Assembly: GCA_024691125.1 (NCBI GenBank) | Contig: JAILNV010000203.1 | Span: forward strand, 4,354 to 68,353 | Reading direction: 5' to 3' | Source of the DNA: Lachnospiraceae bacterium | Lineage (GTDB): Bacteria; Bacillota; Clostridia; Lachnospirales; Lachnospiraceae | Length of the DNA stretch: 64,000 bases | Part shown: positions 47,043 through 56,306 of the stretch, piece by piece | Layout: the number at the start of each line of letters is the position of its first letter | How positions within the stretch are numbered: position 1 is the first letter of the stretch | Program-made: the position numbers and the translations under genes | The notes under the pieces: generated by a model | Database searches by the model: none | Seen by the model: only the letters and a program-made list of their open reading frames with translations | What the model was told of the DNA's origin: nothing

Positions 47043-48287
47043 ATGGAAATTGCGAGGAAAAGTGATAGAAGAATATTTGCCGGAAATATGGCGTTAATGG
47101 TTTCTGTTTTTGTATTGACAACTGCAGAATGGCATCTGTACAGCTGGTATCAGGCGGTGGCACCTTATGGTACCGTTATCTCATCGATAGGACTGGCAGT
47201 AGCTTTGCTCTGTTATGTTGATGTAAAGGAAATGCTTAAGGATCCGGCCTTCCTGCTTATGTGTGCAGCGGATATCATTGCACTTGTCAATCTGTTTCTG
47301 GTGGGGTCGGGCAAGGGAGCTTTTCTTACCGCTGCGGATTTCCTGCTCATACTGTATCTTTCAAATAAAATAGAATTGTCCAATAAACAGGTCATAATAA
47401 CAATGTGTTATGTTGGATCTTTCTTTATATACTGGACAGTAGATGTGAAGGGGTATTTCAAAGGATATAACACCAATTACGGCGGTCTGATACTTATAAG
47501 CGGCTTCTTCTTTGCCGTGTATGCTCTCGAATACTTACGGTATTATCTTGTTAAGATAAAAGGCATGAAGAAAGCTGGATGGCTCATTCTGCTGTCGCTG
47601 TTTTTCTTTGCATGGGGTTACAACATAATTGCATGGTACAGAAGCAGATGTGCGCTCCTTGGCCTCATCGCTTTCGCAGTATTGATGATCATTCCGCTCA
47701 AGGTATGGAAAAACAAGGCTTTTTACTATATTGTAACTCTTGCGACAACAGCGGGAGCCGTTCTTTTCAGCCTTCTGTATGTATGGCTCGGTGTAATGAA
47801 GGATACCTTCAGGATACAGATATTCTACAAAGACATCATTTCGGGACGTGAGGAAATATGGTCTGAGTTATGGACTGCCTTTATATTGCAGCCTGTAACA
47901 GGGATAGGTTCTTCATATGAAATGAAGCTTGACTGGCTGGGCGGGATGTTCGAGGTACATAACGGCCTTCTTGATATACTGATCGTGCATGGAGTTCCGG
48001 TATTTGCGGTCACGCTTGTTTTTATTGTTAAACGTTTCATGGAACTGAGAGACAGCGCCGTTTCGGGAGCTCTTAATAAATGTGCAATGGCGGGCGTGTT
48101 TTCAATGATGATGCCTGCGTTTATGGAGAATTATATAATAGTTCCGCCTTTTTCGATTATTCTGCTGCTTTTGATGGCTGTAGTGAGGCACAGGGCATTT
48201 GAAGACACTGCGATTTGCATCAGCAGCGAAAACAGAACAGATACTGAAGAAATGTCCGGGGTAAAACAGCAGGAGAATAATGCGTAA
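47043..48287 (+). CDS. O-antigen polymerase/ligase-family (Wzy/WaaL-like) membrane protein, copy 2
   Basis: Polytopic. It shares blocks with copy 1: GSGKGAFLTAADFLLILYLSNK versus DSGKGAFFVPVNFLLIWYMSDK, and FYKDIISGREEIWSEL versus FYKEVFSGREAIWHEL. Confidence 0.72.
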   Translation: MEIARKSDRRIFAGNMALMVSVFVLTTAEWHLYSWYQAVAPYGTVISSIGLAVALLCYVDVKEMLKDPAFLLMCAADIIALVNLFLVGSGKGAFLTAADFLLILYLSNKIELSNKQVIITMCYVGSFFIYWTVDVKGYFKGYNTNYGGLILISGFFFAVYALEYLRYYLVKIKGMKKAGWLILLSLFFFAWGYNIIAWYRSRCALLGLIAFAVLMIIPLKVWKNKAFYYIVTLATTAGAVLFSLLYVWLGVMKDTFRIQIFYKDIISGREEIWSELWTAFILQPVTGIGSSYEMKLDWLGGMFEVHNGLLDILIVHGVPVFAVTLVFIVKRFMELRDSAVSGALNKCAMAGVFSMMMPAFMENYIIVPPFSIILLLLMAVVRHRAFEDTAICISSENRTDTEEMSGVKQQENNA

Positions 48288-48303
48288 ATACGTGCCGTTC
48301 AGA

Positions 48304-48332
48304 TTGATTTTCGTACAGAATTATGCTATAAT
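48304..48332 (+). promoter_or_regulatory. Sigma-A-like promoter upstream of the acidic protein gene
   Basis: TTGATT (48304-48309), a 17-nt spacer, TATAAT (48327-48332). Confidence 0.6.
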
Positions 48333-48470
48333 TAAGTCACATATGGGGATGTGAGTGACAGATGAATGCGGCAATGATCTTATAGTTACGGCAGCTGTAC
48401 GTTACAGATACTGTCATGGGAGATTGGTTTTTTTAGGGGGCAATACATATTATACGAGGAGGTGGCGGTT

Positions 48471-49406
48471 ATGAAGATAAATCCGATTAATGAAATGAGT
48501 GCATCATACAGGGAAATAAGGCCTGTTGAAACCAAAGATCTTGAGATAAATGTGCAGAAGACAGGAGTTCCGTCGCCTGTGCAGGAGGCTCAGAAAAAAG
48601 CCGATGAAAAGAAGCTCATTGATGATGGACGGGAGACGATCGGCATAAGCAATGACGGGGATACGGCGAGAGCAAGCAGGGAAGGGCTTGAAAATATAAA
48701 CGAAGGTATAGTTCTTAAGAAAACGGCCGAGAATATTCCTCTGTCAGCTGTTCAGACCGGGAAGGCGCAGTCAGGCAATCCTTCAGATATAAGAACAGAT
48801 GATGAACGGAACAGGATCGAAAGTGATGAAGCCGGAAAGGCTGCGAAAAATGTAGGATCACTTTTAAGCTATTCCCAAAACGAACTGGAGAGGCTCTATC
48901 TTCAGGGTGAGATAAACAGCAACCAGCTTGATAAGGAGCTTGAGCGGAGAGAAGAAGTCAGGGGAGAAAAGACAGAAGCCTATCAGAAGGTCATAGAAGA
49001 TGAAATGGATGAAAAGAAGACCAATGATAAGGTTGCGTCCGATATGGAGGAAGATCGTGAATACGGTGTACAGCAGGTAACCTCGAGGGACAGGAATGTT
49101 AGCAAAGCCGATCACGAAGCCAGCGACCGGCGTGTTGAAACAGAAAAACAGAACAGACAGGCTGACAGAACTGAGGATGCCGACAATAAAGAAGAGACAG
49201 AAGCGGCTGAAGAGAACCGTAAGCGTATAATAACAGAAGAGATGGCGCTTGATGATGATTTTGAAAGAGAAATGGGAGTACTGTCAGGTGCAGAGAGACA
49301 GGATAAGATAGTTTCAGATGCACTTGATACGGCAGTAGAGAATGGCAGACTTAAGGTTATGGAACAGATTTTGGGCGTTGATCCCGCCACTGCAAGCATG
49401 GTTTAA
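48471..49406 (+). CDS. Highly charged acidic protein, function unknown (weak FlgM-like termini)
   Basis: ATG after a GAGGAGG RBS. The N-terminus is MKINPIN..., and the body is a long low-complexity E/D/K/R-rich region. The C-terminus ...RQDKIVSDALDTAVENGRLKVMEQIL loosely resembles the anti-sigma-28 FlgM domain. Confidence 0.5.
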   Translation: MKINPINEMSASYREIRPVETKDLEINVQKTGVPSPVQEAQKKADEKKLIDDGRETIGISNDGDTARASREGLENINEGIVLKKTAENIPLSAVQTGKAQSGNPSDIRTDDERNRIESDEAGKAAKNVGSLLSYSQNELERLYLQGEINSNQLDKELERREEVRGEKTEAYQKVIEDEMDEKKTNDKVASDMEEDREYGVQQVTSRDRNVSKADHEASDRRVETEKQNRQADRTEDADNKEETEAAEENRKRIITEEMALDDDFEREMGVLSGAERQDKIVSDALDTAVENGRLKVMEQILGVDPATASMV

Positions 49407-49501
49407 CACTTTCTGCAGGTGCGGTATATAAGAAATTGTTCCACAATTTTGTTAAAAACAGCAGAATTATTATTGTTTATTTAGAATATTTATTGTAAAA
49501 T

Positions 49502-49568
49502 GTAACTATTCGGGAGTGCATATATATACTGTTTAAAGCGTACTCTTCGAATAGTTACCTGTTTTTTT
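49502..49568 (+). terminator. Strong rho-independent terminator downstream of the acidic protein gene
   Basis: 11-bp arms GTAACTATTCG / CGAATAGTTAC with an inner 6-bp extension, followed by CTGTTTTTTT. Confidence 0.7.
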
Positions 49569-49611
49569 GAGTAATTTTCATACAAAAAACCCACAAGAAA
49601 GGATGCACCCT

Positions 49612-50835
49612 ATGTTAGCAACACTGATTCCTTTATTTGATGAGGATATGTCTGTCAAGGCGTATTCAATATTTACACAGAAGGCGAACTATCTTATGAA
49701 TCCGATATATCTCGGGACAGGTTTTAATGACGGAGCAGGTCATATAACCGGTCTTGAAGTTATCAATTCAATGGGTATTGAGAGCCTCACAACGGACAGC
49801 GATATCTTCGTTCCTGTCACCAATGTTTCACTGTTTTCCGATATAGCAGAGCAGTGCGAAGCACCTAATGACAGGATATGTATCCTTATCGACAAGGGTG
49901 TAAGGCCTGAGGATATGTATGTTAACAGGATACAGGAGCTGAAATCAATGGGCTTCAAGTTCGCTATACGTAAGCTTGCCGTTCCTGATTTTGAGCCATA
50001 CAGGAGTATTCTTAAGCTGATGGACTACATCATGCTGGATCACAAGAAGATAGTTATTGAGAAGGCAAGGATTTATTTCTCGAAGGTATATCCCGACATT
50101 AAGCTTATTGCCGGAAACATCGAGACGCTGGAGATCTTTGAAGGCCTTAAGGAAAGAGGCGGATACCAGCTGTACGAGGGTGAATTCTACCGCGTTCCTA
50201 TCACAAAGGGAAACAAGGAAGTAGCGCCCGTTAAGATCAACTACATCGACCTCCTCAATACGGTAAACAATCCGGATTTCGATCTTACAGATGCCGCAGA
50301 TATCATACAGAGAGATACGGCACTTGTTATTTCGCTGCTTGAGATGGTAAATCATATGGCCATCAATTCTGAAATAACATCTATAAGGCATGCTGCTGCA
50401 ATGCTTGGACAGCGCGAGCTGAAGAAATGGATAACCACAGCGGTTACCAAGCAGCTGTGCGACGATAAACCCAGCGAGGTTGCAAGGGTATCGCTGCTGC
50501 GTGCCAAGTTTGCGGAGAATCTTGCTCCAATATTTGAACTGGCCGGACAAAGCCAGGAGCTGTTTATGATGGGCCTGTTCTCTGTGCTTGATGTCATACT
50601 TGATAAGCCTATGGCTGAGGCTCTGAACCTGGTTAAGGTTTCAAAGAATGTTTCGAGAGCTCTTATTGATAAAGATGGACCGTATTCTGCGATCTACGAT
50701 TTTATCCTTCAGTATGAGAGTGGTAACTGGACGGAAATTGACAGGGTGATGCTTCTTAATGAAATGGATTCGGAAGCTGTATACAGTGCTTATATTGAAA
50801 CACTCAAGTGGTATCGTACGCTGTTTATAAAGTAG
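49612..50835 (+). CDS. EAL-like plus HDOD domain signalling protein (COG3434/YuxH-like) with a degenerate EAL site
   Basis: The N-terminal EAL-fold pattern has SIF in place of EAL and EGEFY in place of QGY(L/F). The C-terminal HDOD-like region is LLNTVNNPDFDLTDAADIIQRDTALVISLLEMVN. The start is taken at the ATG after AAAGGA; the alternatives are 49567 and 49603. Confidence 0.65.
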   Translation: MLATLIPLFDEDMSVKAYSIFTQKANYLMNPIYLGTGFNDGAGHITGLEVINSMGIESLTTDSDIFVPVTNVSLFSDIAEQCEAPNDRICILIDKGVRPEDMYVNRIQELKSMGFKFAIRKLAVPDFEPYRSILKLMDYIMLDHKKIVIEKARIYFSKVYPDIKLIAGNIETLEIFEGLKERGGYQLYEGEFYRVPITKGNKEVAPVKINYIDLLNTVNNPDFDLTDAADIIQRDTALVISLLEMVNHMAINSEITSIRHAAAMLGQRELKKWITTAVTKQLCDDKPSEVARVSLLRAKFAENLAPIFELAGQSQELFMMGLFSVLDVILDKPMAEALNLVKVSKNVSRALIDKDGPYSAIYDFILQYESGNWTEIDRVMLLNEMDSEAVYSAYIETLKWYRTLFIK

Positions 50836-50900
50836 ATTTCCTTGGGTTGTTTACGTAACATCGGAAAGCGCCGGAATGCCCGAAAAATCCCATTTTGACC

Positions 50901-50929
50901 TTGACAAACAATACTAAAAAGTATATATA
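50901..50929 (+). promoter_or_regulatory. Sigma-A-like promoter for hup
   Basis: TTGACA (50901-50906), a 17-nt spacer, TATATA (50924-50929). Confidence 0.6.
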
Positions 50930-50986
50930 TAGGTGTAGGCGTCTGATAGCGCAAAACCATACTCAGAATATAGGAGGAGTCAGCAA

Positions 50987-51265
50987 ATGAATAAGACTGA
51001 ATTAGTAGAGGCTATGGCCAACAATGCCGGTATAACAAAGAAGGTAGCAGAGGAAGCACTTAAGGCTTTCACAGATGCAGTTGCAGATGAGTTAAAGAAG
51101 GGTGGCAAGGTTCAGCTTGTTGGATTCGGTACTTTCGAAGTTTCAGAGAGAGCTGCAAGAGAAGGAAGAAATCCTCAGTCAGGTGAGGTTATGAAGATAG
51201 CTGCTTCCAAGGCACCTAAGTTCAAGGCAGGCAAGGCATTAAAGGATATGGTAAACGCAAAGTAA
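50987..51265 (+). CDS. hup: Nucleoid-associated DNA-binding protein HU
   Basis: [11 protein letters not shown] ... [44 protein letters not shown] is canonical for HU. Confidence 0.96.
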   Translation: MNKTELVEAMANNAGITKKVAEEALKAFTDAVADELKKGGKVQLVGFGTFEVSERAAREGRNPQSGEVMKIAASKAPKFKAGKALKDMVNAK

Positions 51266-51285
51266 TCATAGCTTATATCATATAA

Positions 51286-51317
51286 AACAGAGGGCCGTCG
51301 GTCCTCTGTTTTCTTTT
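51286..51317 (+). terminator. Rho-independent terminator after hup
   Basis: AACAGAGG...CCTCTGTT stem followed by TTCTTTTG. Confidence 0.7.
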
Positions 51318-51344
51318 GTGAACATTATTAACACAGGAGGGATT

Positions 51345-51584
51345 ATGAGATTAGATAAATATCTTAAGGTTTCAAGGATAATCAAACGCCGCACGGTGGC
51401 GAATGAAGCATGCGATGCGGGAAGAGTAACGATAAACGGCCGTCCGGCCAAAGCATCTGCAGATGTAAAGGAAGGCGACATACTGGAGATCCAATTTGGT
51501 ACAAAGCCTGTAAAAGTAGAGGTTTTGAGCGTGAAAGAAACCGTTAAAAAGGAAGAAGCCAAGGACATGTTCAAATATCTTTGA
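51345..51584 (+). CDS. S4-domain RNA-binding protein (YabO/Hsp15-like)
   Basis: ATG after a CAGGAGGG RBS. MRLDKYLKVSRIIKRRTVANEACDAGRVTINGRPAK matches an S4 domain. Confidence 0.85.
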   Translation: MRLDKYLKVSRIIKRRTVANEACDAGRVTINGRPAKASADVKEGDILEIQFGTKPVKVEVLSVKETVKKEEAKDMFKYL

Positions 51585-51666
51585 TAATTCAGCCCCTTGA
51601 CGTTTGAATGGTTTGAGGTTAATATTAGATGGAGTATAAATGGTTATTACTATAAAAGGGGCAGAT

Positions 51667-51990
51667 ATGTCTAAATCGAAAACCGGAAGAAAGATTGCGT
51701 TTAAAAAGCGGCGACAGAACCGGCTTGGCATGATATTGGTGTCTGCGGTAGTGCTGATGATGTGTTTGGTGATGATTGTCAGTATGATGTCGCTTAATAA
51801 GAAAAGAAACGGATACATAGAACGGGAACAGAATCTTCAACAACAGATAGAAGCTGAGGAAAAGCGCGCCGAAGATTTAAAGGAGTACGAGAAATACACC
51901 AAGACGGCGGCATATGTCGAAGAGGTTGCGAAGGATAAGCTGGGGCTGGTTTATGAGGATGAAGTAGTCTTCCAGGCTGAAGAGAAGTAA
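51667..51990 (+). CDS. divIC: Septum formation initiator family protein (DivIC/FtsB)
   Basis: Single TM helix, a coiled coil, and the conserved C-terminal YVEEVAKDKLGLVYEDEVVF. Confidence 0.82.
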   Translation: MSKSKTGRKIAFKKRRQNRLGMILVSAVVLMMCLVMIVSMMSLNKKRNGYIEREQNLQQQIEAEEKRAEDLKEYEKYTKTAAYVEEVAKDKLGLVYEDEVVFQAEEK

Positions 51991-52016
51991 AGCACAGAGT
52001 AATCTGTGCTTTTATT
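51991..52016 (+). terminator. Rho-independent terminator after divIC
   Basis: AGCACAGA-GTAA-TCTGTGCT followed by TTTATT. Confidence 0.7.
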
Positions 52017-52129
52017 ATCATAAGGGGGACCGTCAAAGGCGGTGGATGCCTTATGATGCCTAAGCGGCGAGCGTGTCCAAAAGAAATACGGAGTATTTCT
52101 TACATTACATTATCATAAGGGGGATCCGT

Positions 52130-53569
52130 GTGCATAAAAAAACTCTAAATGTATATAGATATTGCATCAATAAAGGCCTTATATATGACGGAGTAAAGCT
52201 TATCATCGGGGTATCCGGAGGAGCGGATTCCGTATGCCTGCTCAGAATGTTAAAAGAGATGGAAGAGGTTATAAGCCTGAGTCTTAAAGCAGTACATTTT
52301 GAACACGGTATAAGGGGAGAGGAATCCTTAAGGGACATGGAATTCGTAAGAAAACTATGCGGAGAGCTTAATATCCCGCTTAAGATCTACAGAGAGAATG
52401 TTCCGGCAAAAGCGAAGGAACTGTCCATGACCATTGAAGAAGCCGGGAGATATTTAAGGTATGAGGCATTTGATAAAGAACTAAAGGAAGAAGGAGCAGA
52501 CGCGATCGCTGTCGCTCATCATCTTAACGATCAGGCCGAAACCGTGCTGTTCAATATGGCCAGAGGCAGCGGTATTAAAGGTATATCCGGGATCTCACCC
52601 TCACGCGGCAGAATAATAAGGCCGCTGCTTAGCGTTTCAAGAACCTGTATAGAAGCATATCTTAATGATATCGGACAAACATACTGTGTTGATTCAACCA
52701 ATTTCGATACAGCCTATTCAAGGAACGGAATAAGGGCTGTTGTGGTGCCTGAGCTTGAACGGATAGTAAACGGTGCCGCCGAACATATAGCGTGTGTTGC
52801 GGATGAACTGAGGGAGGCAGATGAATATATCGGTATGGCAGCGGACCGTGTATATGGCGAGGCTGTGCAGAACGGAAGGCTGTTAATAGAAGTTCTTTAT
52901 AATGAACCTGCCATAATCCGAAGATATGTTGTAAGAAAGCTCCTTGCAGATATATATACAACACACAAAGATCTGGAAGCGGTGCATGTGGAGGAGGTTC
53001 TTTCACTGTGTGATAAACAGAGTGGCAGAAGTGTGAGCCTTCCCAAAGGAATAACAGCGAGAAGAGAAGGCGATGCCATCCTTTTTTTTGATCAAGGTTC
53101 GGGTAATAAGGATGGAACGGCAGGACCGGCTCCTTCAAAAGCGCAGGCGGATATTTTAAAAAAACAGTTGGAAACGAAGGCAGTATATATTAAACCGGAA
53201 CTGAACGGTATTACCCGGATACAAGGCTATGGGGAATTCGACTTAAGCATAGAGGAGTATGATAAAACGGCAGAAATACCGAAAGAACCCTATACTAAAT
53301 GGTTTGATTATGATAAAATAGTTTGCGGTGTTCTCATAAGAAACAGGCAGGATGGTGATTTTATAACCGTTGATTCCGACGGACACAGGAAGAAGCTTAA
53401 GAAATATCTTATAGATGAAAAAATCCCGTCGTCCGAGCGAAACGGACTGATCATGTTGGCTGATGGAGCCCATATAATCTGGGTGATAGGACATAGGATA
53501 AGCACAGGTTATAAGGTTGATGCCAATACAGTCAGGGTTCTTAAGGTTACTTTCAGGCCTTTTGTTTAG
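52130..53569 (+). CDS. tilS: tRNA(Ile)-lysidine synthetase
   Basis: GTG start after AAGGGGGA. The PP-loop SGGADS is present within LIIGVSGGADSVCLL, and the length and C-terminal domain are typical of TilS. Confidence 0.9.
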   Translation: MHKKTLNVYRYCINKGLIYDGVKLIIGVSGGADSVCLLRMLKEMEEVISLSLKAVHFEHGIRGEESLRDMEFVRKLCGELNIPLKIYRENVPAKAKELSMTIEEAGRYLRYEAFDKELKEEGADAIAVAHHLNDQAETVLFNMARGSGIKGISGISPSRGRIIRPLLSVSRTCIEAYLNDIGQTYCVDSTNFDTAYSRNGIRAVVVPELERIVNGAAEHIACVADELREADEYIGMAADRVYGEAVQNGRLLIEVLYNEPAIIRRYVVRKLLADIYTTHKDLEAVHVEEVLSLCDKQSGRSVSLPKGITARREGDAILFFDQGSGNKDGTAGPAPSKAQADILKKQLETKAVYIKPELNGITRIQGYGEFDLSIEEYDKTAEIPKEPYTKWFDYDKIVCGVLIRNRQDGDFITVDSDGHRKKLKKYLIDEKIPSSERNGLIMLADGAHIIWVIGHRISTGYKVDANTVRVLKVTFRPFV

Positions 53570-53586
53570 AATAAGGAGACGGATAT

Positions 53587-54117
53587 ATGGCAGAAGAAAT
53601 CAGTGTTTTAATAAGTGAAGATACGTTGGATCAGAGGATAAGCGAGATGGGCGCGCAGATAAGCCGTGACTACGAGGGGCAAGAGGTTCATCTTATATGT
53701 ATCCTTAAGGGTGGAACCTTCTTTATGTGCGAGCTGGCAAAACGTATCACGATACCTGTGTCCATTGATTTTATGTCGGTGTCAAGCTACGGTAATTCGA
53801 CGAAGAGCAGCGGCGTTGTCAAGATAATAAAGGATCTGGACAAGCCTTTGGATGGGAAGAACGTTATAATTGTCGAGGATATCATTGATACCGGAAGGAC
53901 TCTCAGCTATCTCATGAAGGTGCTTAAACAGCGAAATCCGGCGAGCATCAGGCTTGCTACCATGCTTGACAAGCCAGACAGACGTGTTGTTGATGATGTG
54001 GATGTGGATTATACGGGATTTGAGATACCGGATGAGTTCGTTGTCGGATATGGGCTTGATTATGCGGAGAAATACAGGAATCTGCCTTATATAGGCGTAC
54101 TTCACATGACGGAATAA
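53587..54117 (+). CDS. hpt: Hypoxanthine phosphoribosyltransferase
   Basis: PRPP-binding loop VIIVEDIIDTGRTL, in the conserved tilS-hpt-ftsH order. Confidence 0.95.
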   Translation: MAEEISVLISEDTLDQRISEMGAQISRDYEGQEVHLICILKGGTFFMCELAKRITIPVSIDFMSVSSYGNSTKSSGVVKIIKDLDKPLDGKNVIIVEDIIDTGRTLSYLMKVLKQRNPASIRLATMLDKPDRRVVDDVDVDYTGFEIPDEFVVGYGLDYAEKYRNLPYIGVLHMTE

Positions 54118-54135
54118 AACTTTTGGAGGTAGATA

Positions 54136-55983
54136 GTGGAGAACAAGTCAAGAGGAATAGGATTTTATGTCCTCGTTTTTATAATGGTAATACTGCTCTT
54201 CTTTATATGGAAGGGTAACTTCACTCAGAAGGCCGACTATATTTCTCATTCTGAGTTCGAGGAATATCTTCAGGGAAATGAGATAGCTGCTATAAGCATA
54301 GCGCAGAATTCGGAGGTTCCTACCGGAGTCGTTCAGGTGACATTAAGGAGCGGACAGTTCAGGCAGATGTATGTATCTGATGTCAACGAGATCGAAAAGG
54401 AACTCCGTGATAAATTCCCTTCATACACACTTGGTGATGTAAAACGTGAAAACTGGTTTATGGCATATATGCTGCCAAGCCTTATAGTAGTCGCAGTCAT
54501 GATCTTCATTTTCATGTATATGAATTCGCAGAGCGCAGCTTCAGGCGGCGGATATATGATGAACTTTGGCAAGAACCGTGCCAAACTGGCAGCAGGCGAC
54601 AATAAGATCACCTTTAATGATGTGGCAGGCCTTAAGGAAGAGAAAGAGGATCTTGAGGAGATAGTTGATTTCCTTAAGAATCCGGGAAAATACAATGATG
54701 TGGGAGCAAGAATTCCCAAAGGAGTAATACTTACAGGTCCTCCCGGAACCGGTAAGACTCTGCTTGCCAAGGCTGTTGCGGGAGAAGCAGGAGTTCCGTT
54801 CTTCTCCATATCCGGTTCGGATTTCGTCGAGATGTTTGTCGGCGTTGGCGCTTCCCGTGTGAGGGATCTGTTTGAAGATGCCAAGAAGAATGCCCCGGCC
54901 ATAGTCTTTATAGATGAGATCGATGCGGTTGCAAGACGCCGCGGTACCGGAATGGGTGGCGGACATGATGAGAGGGAGCAGACCCTTAACCAGCTGCTTG
55001 TGGAGATGGATGGCTTCGGCGTTAATGAAGGCATCATCGTAATGGCGGCCACAAACCGTATTGATATTCTGGATCCTGCGATACTTCGTCCGGGACGATT
55101 CGACAGAAGGATAGGAGTCGGCTCACCGGATGTTCAGGGACGTGAGGATATTCTTAAGGTTCATTCCAAGAACAAACCTCTTTCAGAGGATGTCAATCTT
55201 GAGCAGATAGCACGTACAACGGCGGGATTTACGGGTGCGGATCTTGAGAATCTTATGAATGAGGCGGCCATACTTACGGCTAAGGAAGGCCGCAAGTATA
55301 TTACACAGGAGGATGTCAAGGCCTCATTCGTTAAGGTTGGCATAGGATCGGAGAAACGTTCCAAGGTTGTCAGCGAGAAGGAACGAAGGATTACGGCATA
55401 TCACGAATCGGGACATGCGATCCTCTTCCATCTTCTTCCTGATGTTGGCCCTGTTTATTCGGTATCCATCATCCCTACCGGCATGGGCGCTGCCGGTTAT
55501 ACAATGCCGCTTCCCGAGAGAGATGAAATGTTTAACACCAAGGGAAAGATGCTTCAGGATATAATAGTGTCACTTGGCGGAAGGGTGGCGGAATCCCTGG
55601 TCTTTGACGATATTACAACAGGAGCCTCACAGGATATTAAACAGGCTACCAAGGTTGCCAAGAATATGGTAAAGAAATACGGTATGTCCGAGAAGATTGG
55701 AATTATCTGCTATGACAATGATGATGACGAGGTTTTCATCGGTCGAGATCTTGCTCACAGCATGCGCGGTTATAGTGAAGAGGTAGCAGGAAAGATAGAT
55801 GAAGAAGTCAAGCGTATAATGACCGAATGCTATGAAAAGGCTGAGCAGATGATAAAAGAAAACATAGATATCCTTCATAAGTCTGCCGAGCTGCTTCTTG
55901 AAAAAGAAAAGATAAGCAGGGAAGAATTCGAAAGTTTGTTCGGCAATGCGGAAGCAGACGAAGCTGATATTTCGGCTGAATAG
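54136..55983 (+). CDS. ftsH: ATP-dependent zinc metalloprotease FtsH
   Basis: GTG start after a GGAGG RBS. Two TM helices, the AAA+ Walker A GPPGTGKT, Walker [10 protein letters not shown], the SRH region, and the zinc motif HESGHA. Confidence 0.97.
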   Translation: MENKSRGIGFYVLVFIMVILLFFIWKGNFTQKADYISHSEFEEYLQGNEIAAISIAQNSEVPTGVVQVTLRSGQFRQMYVSDVNEIEKELRDKFPSYTLGDVKRENWFMAYMLPSLIVVAVMIFIFMYMNSQSAASGGGYMMNFGKNRAKLAAGDNKITFNDVAGLKEEKEDLEEIVDFLKNPGKYNDVGARIPKGVILTGPPGTGKTLLAKAVAGEAGVPFFSISGSDFVEMFVGVGASRVRDLFEDAKKNAPAIVFIDEIDAVARRRGTGMGGGHDEREQTLNQLLVEMDGFGVNEGIIVMAATNRIDILDPAILRPGRFDRRIGVGSPDVQGREDILKVHSKNKPLSEDVNLEQIARTTAGFTGADLENLMNEAAILTAKEGRKYITQEDVKASFVKVGIGSEKRSKVVSEKERRITAYHESGHAILFHLLPDVGPVYSVSIIPTGMGAAGYTMPLPERDEMFNTKGKMLQDIIVSLGGRVAESLVFDDITTGASQDIKQATKVAKNMVKKYGMSEKIGIICYDNDDDEVFIGRDLAHSMRGYSEEVAGKIDEEVKRIMTECYEKAEQMIKENIDILHKSAELLLEKEKISREEFESLFGNAEADEADISAE

Positions 55984-56146
55984 CAATTATTTGGTAATTA
56001 TACACAAAATCAGATACCCAAATTTGTAAAATTTGTGGAAACTAAGAATGGATTATTTGCAGGGGTGGTGCTAATATACACTTGTAACCCCCCAATACAT
56101 TGTATAGCCGAAAGGCTATACCCCATAAGAAAGAAATACCTTCTCC

Positions 56147-56179
56147 AAAAAAGACAGCATTCGTGAGGCTGTCTTTTTT
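56147..56179 (+). terminator. Rho-independent terminator about 165 nt downstream of ftsH
   Basis: AAAAAGACAGC-loop-GCTGTCTTTTTT. Confidence 0.8.
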
Positions 56180-56183
56180 ACTT

Positions 56184-56210
56184 CTGCCCACGATTTCACA
56201 TCGTGGGCAG
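56184..56210. other. Palindromic hairpin with 11-bp arms, CTGCCCACGAT-TTCAC-ATCGTGGGCAG
   Basis: Read directly. There is no U-tract on either strand, so the function is unknown. Confidence 0.5.
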
Positions 56211-56306
56211 TGGTAATACCATATTTTGTAGATAATAGATGAAAAAGCCACAACAATGTGGTATTATACTTAAATAGGGGATATAAGGGAGTAAGGAGTC
56301 ATATTG

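Noticed and set aside
56042-56251. 69-aa minus-strand ORF (GTG start, contains HCPRC) in the ftsH-GH13 spacer.
   Set aside because: It has no SD sequence and spans the terminator and both palindromic hairpins, which explains the open frame. Its composition is not protein-like.
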